A stretch of 34,698 bases of DNA from NCBI GenBank assembly GCA_032718475.1, contig JAUCBJ010005534.1, positions 1 through 34,698 of the forward strand, written 5' to 3'. The notes under the pieces were generated by a model that saw only the letters and a list, made by a program, of their open reading frames with translations, ran no database searches and had not been told where the DNA came from. This DNA comes from Nemertoderma westbladi (lineage: Eukaryota > Animalia > Xenacoelomorpha). Shown here piece by piece: positions 10,323 to 23,569 of the stretch. Both the position numbers and the translations under genes were made by a program. The first letter of the stretch is position 1, and the number at the start of each line of letters is the position of its first letter.

Positions 10323-12444
10323 ATATTAATTAGTTTACATGTTCTTCAATATATTATTGTGATGTGGATGTGCATTATTATTGAATTTATAACGATGCAA
10401 TATTGAATATTTCTTTCAATTTTGGTATTATTTTTTTATACTGTAGTTTTGTTTATTTCTCATATTTTTGTTTATTGAAGTTTATTTAGTCAATACTGTA
10501 TATAGTACAGTACGTTATGCCGATTTATATTACCGATATACCGTAAATTTAGCTTTGAATTATTTTTTATTCCGGGCAAAATTTGTTAAATAAGTTCATT
10601 TTCGACTGCCAATTATTTATATAAAAACGGCACTACGTTTATTCAGTGTGAGTGGCTAAATAAAATAAACACCATTCGTTACCATGGTTAAATTATTGGT
10701 GAGGTTTGATATACAGTGTAGTTAAGTTAATATAAACAATAAATTGGTTTCATTCTACCCCCAGCGTCTGCAAAAAACGCAAGTCTAACGTTAAATGACG
10801 TCAGACTCTAAATAGTTATTAATTTCCTATAATTTAATTTTAAATTATAAATTAAATTGTTTGATAACTAATAAATTTAAATAATTTAATCAAATGATTT
10901 ATCTAACGTAGAGGCCAAATAGGTATGTGATAGTATTTTATATAAATCTAAACAAATTTCTTAGCAATTGATCAAAAGTCGTCATAATTCTTCTCAGAAA
11001 TAATCCGCTATTTATTTTGCCTAAATGCATTGAAGGTTCCACTCCTAAGGTATAGTAGGTGTAGGGGCGTAGGCGTAGGCTGTGTAGGTTAGTGTTAGGT
11101 CCCCCCCAGTCCCATGCAGGTCCACCAAGTAACTACCGCTGTGGTCCATGAAGTAAATCTCAATCATACATGATCTTTTTTATGCTTTTGAATAAAAAAT
11201 AACGTATTAGTGACGTATTTTTTAAACGTATTATTGACGTATTTTTTTAACGTATTTATTTAACGTAGTAACCCCGGCCAATAATACGTTAATTTAACGT
11301 AATGGTACGTTCATAAATAACGTTCATAAAATACGGCTGTTAACGTTATTTTCAGACATGAGTTAATTAGTATGATTTGAGTACAATTTATGTATATTTT
11401 TAACGTAGCAACCCCGGCCAATAATACGTTAATTTAACGTAAGGGCACGTTAAAAAATAACGTTGGAATGGTAGAATATTAACGTAAATTAACGTTAAAT
11501 TAACGTCAAAATGTTTGCAGGGGATGGACAGCCAACGCCGACAACCATTATTAAAGCTAATTAATGTTATTTATTAATTGAGGGAAAGGAGCAGGTTACA
11601 GTGGAAGGTTAGTCTAACCAAAACAATAAACGAGAGTTACGAACTCAGGTTACATTTTCATATTTGCTGTTGTCGGCAGTGGTTGCCGGTTGTCGGCGTA
11701 GTGTTTACACCCGTGCAAACGCTACATACAGTACTATCCATTCAATTGGTCCAAGGTCTGTCTGTAGCATCCCCGAAACGCGAGTAGCAAAAAGAACAAT
11801 GCTGGCAGGCTGGACAACGTGGAAATGGTTTAGTTTCGCTGTTGGTTCTCCTTTTATCAATTTTTTGTTTGTGTCTCGATAACACAGAGGTTGTTATACT
11901 TATTATCGCATAAATTACATTCCACTACTCTTTTAATCGTCTCATTACTTTTCCCATGCTGCCATGTAACTACTGTACCATGAGAAAGAATAAGGCCCCT
12001 TTAAGGCCTGAAGGCTTAAAGTATTGAATTAACAAACCTGATATCTATCTTAATACGGTAATTAGCTTTGCTGTACCTACTGTTCTTCTGCCTGACGCCT
12101 GAATGCTTTCGGTATAACTTGTATAATGAAACAGACAAAGGCCAGTCTCAAGGGTAGGTGTAGGGCCTAATAGAATAGTGAATACAGATACTGAGATATG
12201 GAATAATGTTAACCTGAACTTTTTCATGTTAGCAATATTCCATTCTCATTGACTCAGTGTTAAACAGGATTAACGCGATTGGTTGCTGGTGCTGCTTAGT
12301 AGCAGCTTTCTCCAACCACATCACATGTTTTATACAAAGTGTGGAATAATGTTAACTGGAAAAGCCACGATCTAAGCACCAGTGCTGCGAGGCCGAAATA
12401 TGACAGCTTTTATGATATCGTATCGTATCACGTCACACTGTTGA

Positions 12445-12680
12445 CTGAGATATTTCTATACAGGGGGGTCACACATTGAGTCCGCGCCCGGAGAGACTCA
12501 TAAAAACTGAGATATTTCTCTTTAGGCTGAGATATTTCTCTACCGGGAGTCACACGTTGAGTGCGAGCCCGGAGAGACTCATAAAACTGAGATATTTCTC
12601 TTTAGACTGAGATATTTCTCTACAGGCTGACAGGGAGTCACACGTTGAAGGCGAGCCCGGAGAGACTCTTTAAACTGGAG
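12445..12680. repeat. ~80-88 bp tandem repeat, 3 copies
   Basis: CTGAGATATTTCT...GTCACAC.TTGA...GCCCGGAGAGACTC recurs near 12490, 12570 and 12660. Confidence 0.85.
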
Positions 12681-13337
12681 ATATACAGTACTGCAGTCTA
12701 GACAGTCAGGGCAGCAGGGAGATCATCAAATTTGAGAATACCTCAAATTTCAAATTATAGACCCAATTTTGGAATTACCTCAAATTTAATACAAGGTTAG
12801 GTTAATTCTCTAAATTTGAGTTTTACCCCAAATTTGAATTTCATAGCAGCATAGTCAGACTGTCAGATACAGACAGAAGTCATACCGGTAGTTGGCCTAG
12901 TTCAGTAGTTGTTAGCTTGTTACTGTATTGCAAAGGTAAAAAAATAAACTGATATATGCCTAGTGTCTGAGTGTTGTGAAATATAATATTTAAAACATAT
13001 TCAGTAGGGCCTATTAGTTTAAAAAGGCTTATACTTAAAAACGCTACTGGTAGGGGTGCAGTGGGGTGGTATGTGGTATGATCAGATGGTAGACATATAA
13101 AACGAAGTACAGAGCTTAAAGAACTTATATTTTTATATTGTTACTTTTTTGCTTGAATATGCCCTAAAATCGGAGAAAAAGTAGTAGGCTTACTTTTTTT
13201 CCCTACTGGTAGGGAAAAAAGTTGTCCCCATAATATATGAATATTGTAACTTTTTGTTTGGCACAGCTTTTGCAAAGTCGGCAACACAGCAACCTGCAAT
13301 AATATTGAATAATATTGCCACATAATACTGTAATAAT

Positions 13338-14245
13338 TAGGGTTCGATCGGTGCCAAAATTTTGCCGGTGCCGGTGCCGGTGCCGGTGTCACATTGTAAA
13401 TGCCGGTGCAGGTGCCGGTGCCGGTGTTTTTAAATGTTGGGCAAATTTGGCGTAATTCTATTTGAAAACGAAATAATATAAATTTTTGTGTAATCTATGT
13501 CTATTACATTAGGCCACACGCACACCTAACAGCCTAACCCTGTCACCTAATGAAATGCAGAAATGAGGCAGTGATGCAGTAAAGTACCACAGTCACAGAT
13601 TGACAGAAGGTACAGTAGCTCAGTAGCTGGCCGACTATGTACTGAGCAATTTCTGAATTAATATTGTAATAGCTTAACCCAGCTGCCCAGCACACGGGTA
13701 CAGCAGCAGAGCAACAAGTACGTACAATTCTACAACTGTACAATACTGTAAAATTATGATGTCACGCATTTATATAAAATGGTTTAGCTTTACAATAAAA
13801 TGAATATAAAAGTTTAAATAAAACGATTGCATTAAAATTATATGTGTACAGTTACAGTAGGCCTACAGTATTTATATACGGGTATTACATAAAATACAGA
13901 AATAAGTAAGGCGCCAAGTACACTGTTTACACTAAGTAAGGTGTTATGATTCTGGGCTACCCTACCACTAGCTGACTAGTCAAGTAACTAGACTGCTAGA
14001 CCAGTCAGCCAGTAGCAGAGTAGACAGACAGTCAAACAGCTATAGCCTTGTAGCTGACTGATAGCTTAGCCAGGCTGTCTGCAGTACCGGTACTGCAGTC
14101 AGGCAGTAGGCTTCAATTTTAACAGCAGCCAATCATTTTAAAAAACACCGGCACCGGCAATGTTTTTGCCGGTGCAGGTGCCGGTGCCGGTGGTGCCAAA
14201 CACCGGCAATACCGGTGCCGGTGCCGGTGCACCGATCGAACCCTA
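13338..14245. mobile_element. hAT (Ac-like) MITE
   Basis: TIR TAGGGTTCGATCGGTGC, perfect 8-bp TSD GTAATAAT, GCCGGT subterminal repeats. Confidence 0.92.
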
Positions 14246-14322
14246 GTAATAATGTACCATAGAGCCATAATTTTGTATTGATTTTACTTTTTATCCCGGT
14301 ATAAAAAGTAAAATAAAACATT

Positions 14323-14586
14323 GGCACTTGTGTCAAATAGGGGACCCTCCTAGCTCCTAATCTGCTAATCCTGAAATCACCTAAACTAAAGTCACTTTCA
14401 CTAGTGCCCGGTTACAGGGTGCAGGGTTAGCAAAGGAGCAGGTTACAGAGGTGAGTTGAAAGTAACCAAAAAACAATAAACAAGAGTTAGGAATATTGAT
14501 ATCACCTGCACTAAATTTCAGGATTAGCTGGTGATTTCAGGATTAGCAGATTTGGAGGGTCACCTATTTGATATGACACAAGTGGC
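14323..14586. mobile_element. Small foldback element/MITE
   Basis: CACTTGTGTC..AAATAGG.GACCCTCC..AATCTGCTAATCCTGAAATCACC is inverted at 14530..14586. No TSD. Confidence 0.6.
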
Positions 14587-14799
14587 AAAATATTTTTGGT
14601 GGAATTTCTAAAATTTCATTGAATGTGTTGATCAAAATTTTTGATCGAAATTTGAGCAAAATCCATCCCTACACACTATTGCAATGCAACTTTAGTGCCT
14701 GCAAGGTGTACTCCAGAGATGAGATAAAAGCCTCGAGAATAGGTTAGTGAAAAAGGTTATACTTTTTGCCCAAGTTATAAATGATTCTGGTTCCTCATA

Positions 14800-15650
14800 A
14801 GGTCAATTTAAAAGGATGTATGTATGTATAGTATAAACAAACAGTCACTTAGATTTCTAAAACATTTCAGATGTCTTGATAAGAAAGCAGAGTCTAAAGA
14901 CTGTTTAAAATAATAGCGATTAATGATGATGATGTTTCTACTGTGTTCCAGGTCCAGCATGTTCCATATGTTAATGACCCTGATAAAGAAGAGGTGTTGT
15001 ATGGAACATGCAGACATGGCAGCATGGGCAGATGGGCGGGGCATGGCCTTTGCTTCATAATTTTATATATATGGCCAGGTCATGATTGCATTGGATGTCT
15101 GGCTGGGATATTAAAATAGTCTGCGAGGATGTTGCACATTGTTGTAATGGAGCCGGAGGATCAGGTTTAGATCTTTACATATAATAAGTTTAAAGCACAT
15201 TATCAAATTGAACTTTAATTGATGTATACTGCAGTAGGTAGTGGTTTCAACTTTAGAGTCTCCAGTCGTATAGAATAACTAACAAAAGAATCAAGTCCAC
15301 ATCACATATATTATATAAACCACGTCAATCTTTGCGGCAACATTTGTCTAGAAAGGCAGAAAGGGGCTCCAAACTGTGGAAGAATGATGGTACAGTGGTA
15401 CAGTATTCCAATTGACAGATAGAGCTAGGGCAGGCGGATATTACATAAGTCTTCAGGCTGTCAGGAGAGGAATGGCTTCATTTGATATACAAAGTTTTAA
15501 AGAGGACATCAACAACCAGAAAACATATTTTTTTTGGAAGGTGTGTGATATGAATGATGAACAGAACAGATGAATGCCAGAATATGCAAACTTCCAAATT
15601 CTGGAATTGATTCAACATCTACAAGATTTGGTAGGCCTTCCTGAGTCTGT
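14800..15650 (-). pseudogene. Decayed CR1-type LINE ORF2 3' fragment
   Basis: Minus-strand remnants SSTVWSP, RLETLKL and HLFFIRVINIWNML, with frameshifts. Confidence 0.7.
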
Positions 15651-17361
15651 GACTGTGCAGCTGTGTGAGCTTGAATCTAGCAACAGTGAGGATTTGGTCT
15701 ACTGCTCTTCTTACCAACAGTAAGGCGGTAAGGATAGCGAATTTCTCTAGTCTTCTGCATTTTTCTCACCAATCACTAACGGACTAAAGTTATTGACTGT
15801 AAGTTGCTGTGTTGTAAGGTTAAGCCTACCCTGCATACATGTCATGTCACAGGTTACAGTGGTCACCCATTCTCACCAAGCTCTATAAGCACTAAGCAGC
15901 AAAGCCTACTGCTGGCAGGCTGGTGATCTGGTGATGTTGTAAAGACTGGCGAAATTTGAGGTTTTGTCTCAAATTTGAGGTTTAACCTCAAATTTCAATT
16001 TTCGCCCCCAATAAAAGCATGTTTGCATCGGTGAAATATTTTATTGCATCGATAAAAGTTCTTATTTTACATTATATTTTAACATATTAAAAGTAGAAGT
16101 TGCTCCAACAGTTTCCCTAAGTCGCAGCAACACTCGATATTATGAGCCTAAAAATACCTCAAATTTGAACAAAAAACCCCAATTTTCGACAGTCTATTAC
16201 CAGAATTCGAAATTTGGGGTAACCCCAAAATTGATGATCTCCCTGACTGCTAGACAGATAGAGGAGTCTACAGGGGAGTCACTCATTTAATTTTCCGGTT
16301 TATGAATGAAAGGTTTGTGCCAGTCCTGTCTGCCTGTCAACCTGTAGTATAGTCAGATAGTAGTAAAGTAGTCCTTGGTAATTACAGAATTATGTACTGA
16401 TGTAAGTCTGTAAGTGCATTTCTGCAGTTCCTCTGTTACCGGTACGCGGTACTGAATCAGGTGAAATACTGAAACAGTTCCTATTCTGCAATTCAGTTAG
16501 GAGTAGGACTTACAGACTTAGGAACACTCAGACACTGCTGCACTGGCAACTCAGGAACTGGCCTGTCCTTCTCATGTCTGCATGTCAATCCTCGTTCCAG
16601 AATGGCTGTTTTTATTGTGTTTATGGACTGATGGCTGGATGGCGGATGGATGTAACTCGAAAAATTAACCCTTAATGCCCTGATGCCTTAGGCCTATTCA
16701 TCCTACATCATTCATCTTCACATACACTCCAGTCTGGAATTTCCCTATAGGGAAACCTTTATTTCCCTATAGGGATATTTTTGCATAATCGGTATGGCGC
16801 ATTCACTGAGCAGCTGACGCTGAGGACATAGCGCATTAAGCTGTTAAGTGCTGAAGTCTGAAGTGAGATATACTACACTAGGTTGTAGGTCATTCACCTC
16901 AACCCTCAGACCCTATCTTCAATATAACTACCGCACTGCCCCAAGGCAGCCAACTACTACCTTGGGGGTTTTACAGACAGGCGAAAATTAACTTTGCCTG
17001 TTTCCCTATAGCTGTATAGCAGTATAGGGAAACATATACAAACTGACAAACAAACTGAGAAACATTGCACATTTCATAACAGTTTAGATGGTTTGATGAT
17101 AACTGATATACAGACTGACGGATATAACTGAAAACTGCACTGTGCTGCTGTGAGCTGAAATTCCAACGGCTTTGTCTGTTTGTTGTTGTGCTTTCTATCA
17201 TTCTATGCCTCTACTGCTCTTACTACATACATACAGTAAGCAGTACATATATCATATAGCTATATAGATACCACTGTCTGACTGTGCAGTGCATGCATCT
17301 TCTTGTGGTATGTAACGTTCATAGTTCATACTGTCAGACTGTAGAATAATATAGCTGTATA

Positions 17362-20300
17362 CAGTCGGGGAGAAGTTCAAATTTCAACTGAGTTGAAATT
17401 TAAAACTTTTTTTTAAAATTCAACTTTTAAGTTGTAAATTCAACTCTAAAATGGCAGGAGGTACAGAAGGCCCCCAAGACGTGACAGAAGGGGTGTTTTT
17501 AATGTTTTTATGGATGTAACTCGAAAAATTAACCCTCATTACAGCATTACCGACAGTCTGGTTCCCGGCTTAATTTGACATTTTGTCAAATTTGACATGT
17601 GGCATGTCAAATTTGTCACTAATGTCAAAATTGCCATTTCGTTGTTTAAATTCTATCTATAGACATAGTTAAAAGACAGATGTCATGGCTAATACGGGGG
17701 GTTTGACTAAATACGCCACCGACAACCACCGACACCTTTCGCATACCACCGACAACCACCGACAACAAAAGACACAAAACCGACACAAACCGACAGGTAA
17801 AATCACAAACCGACAACTTCGGCAATGTTAGTAAACTATTTCAGCAGTTCAGTACATGATTATACAATTTTTATTTCCAGTCCAAATATGACTACTAATA
17901 CTACAAATATGTATAACTACGGGTGCAGGGGGGGGGGGGGGGGGGGGGGGGGGTCGGTGCCTACATACATACTGTAGTTCCCTAAGTCAGTAAGTTAGCT
18001 ACTGCAGTAGTTTTATGTTGTCATTTTATTTATCTCACCTAGCCTACAGTACATTACCTCTAGATATTATATAAAGCATGTTGGTAAAGGGAACAGGTTT
18101 ACATAAGCTTTCAAAGCGCCTTTGAACGATAGGCCTACTAACTAAATAACACCATGTTCGATTATTTGCCGAATTGTGAGTGGCCAAATTACAGTATGTA
18201 CTCTAATTGAGAATGCTTTGCACGCGTATCGCATGCGTCACATCAAGAATGGACCACGAATAATTTTAAGCGTGGCGGCTATCAGCTATGCATGATGTGC
18301 CACGAACGAATGAACCACGAATTATTTTTTGCGATACTGCTTTATACGAATGCTTCCAAGCATTCGTATCACATGTGCCACAAAAGATGAGCCACGAATC
18401 GAGTCGAATATATTGACAACTGACAAGTGAAATCTCACATGCGATACGAATACTATACGCATTCGTTACCTAAATTATTCGGACTGACGAACCACAGACG
18501 AAGGCTTCACAAATCTTAAAATAACATTCCAGATTCCACGCACCTTTCAGCCTTTTACGAATGTTGTATGTGGCACTAATGCGTTACGCATGGGGATTTT
18601 TTACTGGGTATAATTTGTTATAAATATTAGGACTGGAAATAAAAATTGTATAATCATGTACTGAAATAGTTTACTAACATTGCCGAAGTTGTCAGTATAC
18701 TGTCGGTTTGTGATTTTACCTGTCGGTTTGTGTCTTTTGTTGTCGGTGGTTGTCGGTGGTATGCGAAAGGTGTCGGTGGTTGTCGGTGGCGTATTTAGTC
18801 AAACCCAATACGGGTAGTTGGTTTGGTAGTTGATAGTACTTACCTTACTGACTTAATAGTTAAACAAATAGTTAATAGTAGGCCCTACTTTCTTTAGTTG
18901 TATTCAGTAAAAATATAATCAGGCAATGTACGTGTACGAGCAATCCAGCAATCCCTCTGTGAGCAAGTCGAGTTCGATGGAAATGCTACATATGCCTGCC
19001 TATCCCATGTGTAGCGACCGGGTAAAAACAGAAGCAATTGTAAAATTAACTGCGGAGCAACTGCGAGAAAAATTGACAGATATTTTGTCTAATTCAGTAA
19101 TTGGCAGTCTGATTTCGTAGAATACTCAGAACTCCTTAAATTGTCCAAGAAAAAACATGAACTAGTCGATTTGTACTTCCAAATCCAACAAGATATGAGC
19201 AATAGGTACCATAGAAGAGGAGCCTGAAACTGATGAATAGTCTGTTCTGAATTGTATTGATATTGAGTTCCGAAATTGCTTTAGATATAATATAACAATG
19301 ATTTGTGATCTTTAAATAATTTACAGATTCTTGTTTATTGTTAGGCCTAAAGATTGAGATTAAAGATTGCGGGTTAGTTATTAAATGTCATTTCCATGAT
19401 TTCTATGCAGCCAGCTTTCAATCTTAACCTATGTTTGGCTCTGTCTCGCCGCAATATAATATTTATATAATTGATTAATTGACCCCTCACTCACCCCCCC
19501 CCCTGCCCCCCCCCCCCCCTTCCATTCGAAATAATAATGCCATATATAATTAAACTACGGTAAGCTACGAATGGTGAACTGGACTGTTATTTATCAAGTT
19601 AAATTAGGTTACTATTATTGTTATATTTTGTTATTGTTAGTTACAGTTATTAAACTGTTATTTAGTGGGGGGGGGGGGGGGGGGGGGCTGGACGCAATAA
19701 AATTGCATCCCTCTCCAGGCAGCCAGGGGAAATTGGACAGAATTAACAGTTGATTACTCTCAAAAATTAAACTGTAACCTGTTCTATTGTGTTTAGTATA
19801 TTGTTTTGGTTAAAATAATGTGCCTTTGTAACCTGCTCCTTTCAGCCTTTCCAGAAGGAATCCGTAATTAAATATCCCATTTTTCATTTCATCAGTCATC
19901 AGTTGTCCAGTTTAAAATATAAAGGTATAATAATTAAAATTGATGTGGATCAATTAAACAGATTTAATAATAAACCTTCAACATCAAATCGTCTTATATA
20001 TTTATACTAGTGGTATAATATTAAATGTCAAATTTGGAATGTCATGTCAAATTTGAATCTTGCAGAATTTAAAACGTAATTATTTAAAAAAATTCTTGGT
20101 GAATTTCAATTACCCCTGGTGAAAATGTTCAAATTTTTAAAAACATTTTAAGTGATTACATTTGCAAATTAGCTGAAATACTACGGGAATTTATTAGATG
20201 TATTTAATTAACGCTGAATGTCATAATTATTATACAATGGAATACCAGTAATGGATTCCATATTTCAGTATTTCCAAAGCTACTCAAAAAGTTGAATTTT

Positions 20301-20416
20301 AAAAAAAAGTTGAATTTTAAACTCTACTCCAAAAGTTGAATTTTAATAAAAAGTTGAATTTTAAAAAATAAAGTTGAAATTTCAACTCAGTTGAAAATAG
20401 AACTTCTCCCCGACTG
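17362..20416. mobile_element. TIR DNA element with 5-bp TSD
   Basis: CAGTCGGGGAGAAGTTC / GAACTTCTCCCCGACTG ends, GTATA on both flanks, AAGTTGAATTTTAA subterminal repeats. Confidence 0.85.
17699..18806. mobile_element. MULE-like non-autonomous element with ~190-bp TIRs
   Basis: GGGTTTGACTAAATACGCCACCGACA... is inverted at the right end. Perfect 8-bp TSD AATACGGG. Confidence 0.88.
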
Positions 20417-20559
20417 GTATAGGCCTATATGTATTTGTATTGGTGTATTATTGTATTTGTCAGTTTGTCTGTTTGTATTATATATTATAGTTAGGCCTAT
20501 ATTATATTTATAATTTATATATATAAAAACTCTTTCTTCATTCCCAGCCTACAAGCAAG

Positions 20560-22330
20560 CTAGAAACAAATGTATTTCAGTAATTAAACAGAAGGTTGCC
20601 TACGAATGTAAAAACCTACCTGCCTACCTGCCTACTACCCTAGTAACCCCAAAATCATTTGGAAATTTATACGGGCAAAGGCAAGACCAGCAATACAGTG
20701 CCTCAGGAAGGATGGTAGTTCGTTTGCTCACAGCTGATATCGAAAAGGCTGCACTTTTAAATGAATATTTCCATATAAACTTCATTTACAAAAGAAGACC
20801 TTTTACATATTCTTTCTATTCTCAATAAATTAATTCAAGCATATCTACCATCAACTTCACATATGAATTAGTTCTTCTTCAGTCAATCAACGAAATGAGA
20901 GGGTCTGGTGCTACTGGTCCTGATCAAGTTTATCCACAAGTTATACAAGCACTATCTGATACAATTGCTGAATCCCTGGCTTCATTATTAAACTGCATAC
21001 TCTGATACTTGGACTTTCGGAAAGCCTTTGATTCAGTGCCACACCGGCACACCAGAGACTGATTGTCAAATTGCAGGCCCTTGGAATACTGGAATATGGA
21101 ATAACAGGCACGGCAAGTTATTAAATTGGTTTCGGGCATTTCTCTCTCTTGTAGATACCAACTAGGGCTCGATCGGAGTTGGGATTTGGCCGGAGCCGGA
21201 GCAGGAGCCGGAGTTGGACAATTTGGCCGGAGCCGGAGCAGGAGCCGGAGTTTTTCGAAAATTTTAAAAATTTAATTATTTATTAAAAAATAAATAAAGT
21301 ATGGTTATCGTTCACCAATCGCTCATAATCAATCATTAATTTCTAATTAATTTCATAATTTATAGATTTACGAATTTTCAATTTAAAATTTAAGTAATTA
21401 ATTTATCACGGACAGACGGCCTGACGCTGACGGCTAAAAATAACCTACAGTACCTAACTCTGTAACTCACTAACTGTCTAATTGTGGTAGGAGGTGTGTT
21501 GTGTACTGCTGTACTGTCACTGTACAGCTGTAGGTAGCCTACCGTACGTGTACCAGTACTGCAGTACAGTATGCTGGCATGACAGCAGTAAATGGCTGCA
21601 GTGGTACAGTGTACAATCATAGCATTTACAATTTTTTACAGTAGGGCCTATCTGTAACAGTCTGCTAGTCAGCCAGCTGGCCAGTACCAGTACTGCAGTA
21701 CAGTCAACGGTCAGTCAGTCATTGACTTTAAGTAAATACTGCAGTATTGTGCTTGATATTGAAGCTGTACTACAGTATTTATAGTGTAAATAATTGTTCC
21801 GATTAGAATATGCACGAAATATAATACTTTATTAAAAAATTAACTCCGGCAATATTTTTACCGGAGCCGGAGCAGGAGCCGGAGGTGCCAAAATGGCCGG
21901 AGCCGGAGCCGGAGGCCGGAGCTCCGATCGAGCCCTAATACCAACGCGTGGTCATCAGCATCAGTGGAAAAACATTACCGTGGCTACCTGTTGACAGTCA
22001 GACAGTGGTGTTCCTCAGAGAAGTGTTGCTGGAGTTTTCTTGTTCCTTGGATACGTGGATGATGTTCCAACTCTACTCACTCAGCTCATTCATCTTTTCG
22101 CCGATGACCTCAAAGACAGCATTATATTCGACCCCAGTAACATCACCTCTATCAGTCTATTGCCCCACTACATGATTGATTGATTGACGTGATTTGGATA
22201 TCCTGGACCGCTGGAGCAAATTGTGCCAACTTCTTTTTAACCACGACAAATGTAAGGCAGTAAGGTAATGCTCGACCACTCACTAAAGTCCACAGATTTA
22301 TATAAAGACTTGGGAGTCCTGTAGAGAGCA
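20560..22330 (+). pseudogene. Decayed CR1/L2-type LINE reverse transcriptase fragment, interrupted by a hAT MITE
   Basis: Remnants DIEKAALLNEYF, ATGPDQVYPQV, YLDFRKAFDSVPH, SGVPQ and FADDLK, separated by stops and frameshifts. Confidence 0.85.
21163..21937. mobile_element. hAT (Ac-like) MITE
   Basis: TIR TAGGGCTCGATCGGAG, perfect 8-bp TSD ATACCAAC, GCCGGA subterminal repeats. Confidence 0.92.
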
Positions 22331-22939
22331 TGACATTGGTGATTGGTTAATTCAACACATTATATACTCGTTGAGACTATTATCATGTAATCTTTAGTCA
22401 ATGTCTTCCATTTCGAAGTGTGTGCAAGTAGACAAGGGAATTGCCATAAAGGGTGAAGGAATATTGTAAGGCAGTAAGGGGAAGGTGATGTTTTTGATGG
22501 AAATAGACAACCTCTGATTAAAAGTAAATGACTGCAGTGTAGGTAGTGTACCAATATTCAATATATTTTGAATCATAGCACTTAATAGCTTAATATTATT
22601 CATTATTATTAAAACAGTGTTACAGGAAATGTATAGTCTAAAATAAATAAAAATAATGTAAAATTAATTTAAAACCAAGATATTGCATAATTTCTTTATA
22701 GGGAAAGCTGTAATTTCCCTATAGGGAAACACAAATTTCCCTATAGGGAAATATATATCCCCTATTATAATATAATAATAATATATATATTATATATAAT
22801 ATATTTTATAATATATTCCCTATTGGGCTAATTTCCCAGACTCACAGATTTCACAGCACTCATTCATCAGCCGACGCCGACTGGCCGATGGAATAAAAAC
22901 TGAAAAACTTTCACCGTTCAGCCGGTGGGATTACTTTTT

Positions 22940-23082
22940 TTAAAACACTGCACAAACAGACAAACAACGCTACCCGGTCAAGGCAGCAGGGGCAGAGGGG
23001 AACGAACCGGGGCGGGGCCTCCTAATTGGAAGCCCAGGCTGCCAGGAATGTCGCCACTAGACAGCTAGAACATGCGGCTGCT
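22940..23082 (-). mobile_element. Degraded head of the tRNA-derived SINE family seen at 33800..34027
   Basis: GGGAACGAACC...CCTAATTGGGAAGCCCAG...AATGTCGCCACTAGA matches 33965..34015 with short insertions. Confidence 0.65.
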
Positions 23083-23569
23083 TGAAAATTACAACGAGTT
23101 GTGGGAATTTCCGGTTTGACTGTTTGAGGGGCACTGAAACGCTAAAAAACGCATGTGTCTAAAACCCGTGTCTGGTGGGAAAACACATTCATTTCTACAT
23201 TGTTTATATATGAAAAGACTCTAATATTTTTCTCAAATTTCCCGGTTTCCTCGGGAAAATACCAGGAAAAAATACGGGAAATATTTTCACAATCTTTAGC
23301 CTATTCAAATTTTTTTTTCGAATATTCATTACCTTTACCAGTAGGCCTACTGCATCGTACCTCTATGCGCTATGTATGAAAAGACTCTGATATTTTTCTC
23401 AAATTTTCCAGTCTCCTCGGGGAAATAACAGGAAAAAAGACGGGAAAAATTTTCCCAAAAATTGTAAAGATTTTAGATAAACATGGTGTTATCAATCCAT
23501 ATTGCTGTATTTTTATTATACAAATACAAAGCACTTCCGCACAATTACAAAGCAGGCAAATTAATTTCA

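Larger units (their letters stand above)
8834..11522. mobile_element. CMC/EnSpm-like non-autonomous element
   Basis: TIR CCCTGCAAACATTTT / AAAATGTTTGCAGGG, 2-bp TSD GA, and dense AACGTT subterminal motifs at both ends. Confidence 0.75.
8809..11712. mobile_element. MULE-like MITE split by a younger insertion
   Basis: GGGTGTAAA..TACGCCG / CGGCGTA..TTTACACCC ends. Flanks CTGCAAACG and GTGCAAACG form a 9-bp TSD with 1 mismatch. Confidence 0.65.
8226..12380. mobile_element. Unclassified TIR element with ~180-bp inverted ends (outer layer of a nested stack)
   Basis: 8226..8409 is the reverse complement of 12199..12380 (GGTGCTTAGATCGTGGCTTTTCC...). No TSD found. Confidence 0.6.
12715..16245. mobile_element. 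TIR DNA element (P- or hAT-like termini) carrying nested insertions
   Basis: CAGGGAGATCATCAA / TTGATGATCTCCCTG ends, with CCTCAAATTT subterminal repeats at both ends. TSD not recognisable. Confidence 0.65.
16730..22843. mobile_element. Putative TIR element with CCCTATAGGG palindromic subterminal repeats (outer layer of the second nested stack)
   Basis: AGTCTGGAATTTCCCTATAGGG at 16731 versus ...AATTTCCCAGACT at 22830..22842. TTTCCCTATAGGGAAA is repeated at both ends. No TSD. Confidence 0.5.

Noticed and set aside
16641-17540. piggyBac ends (TTAACCCT) duplicated at ~16665 and ~17529
   Set aside because: Short direct copies of a dispersed repeat fragment, with no matching inverted AGGGTTAA end found.
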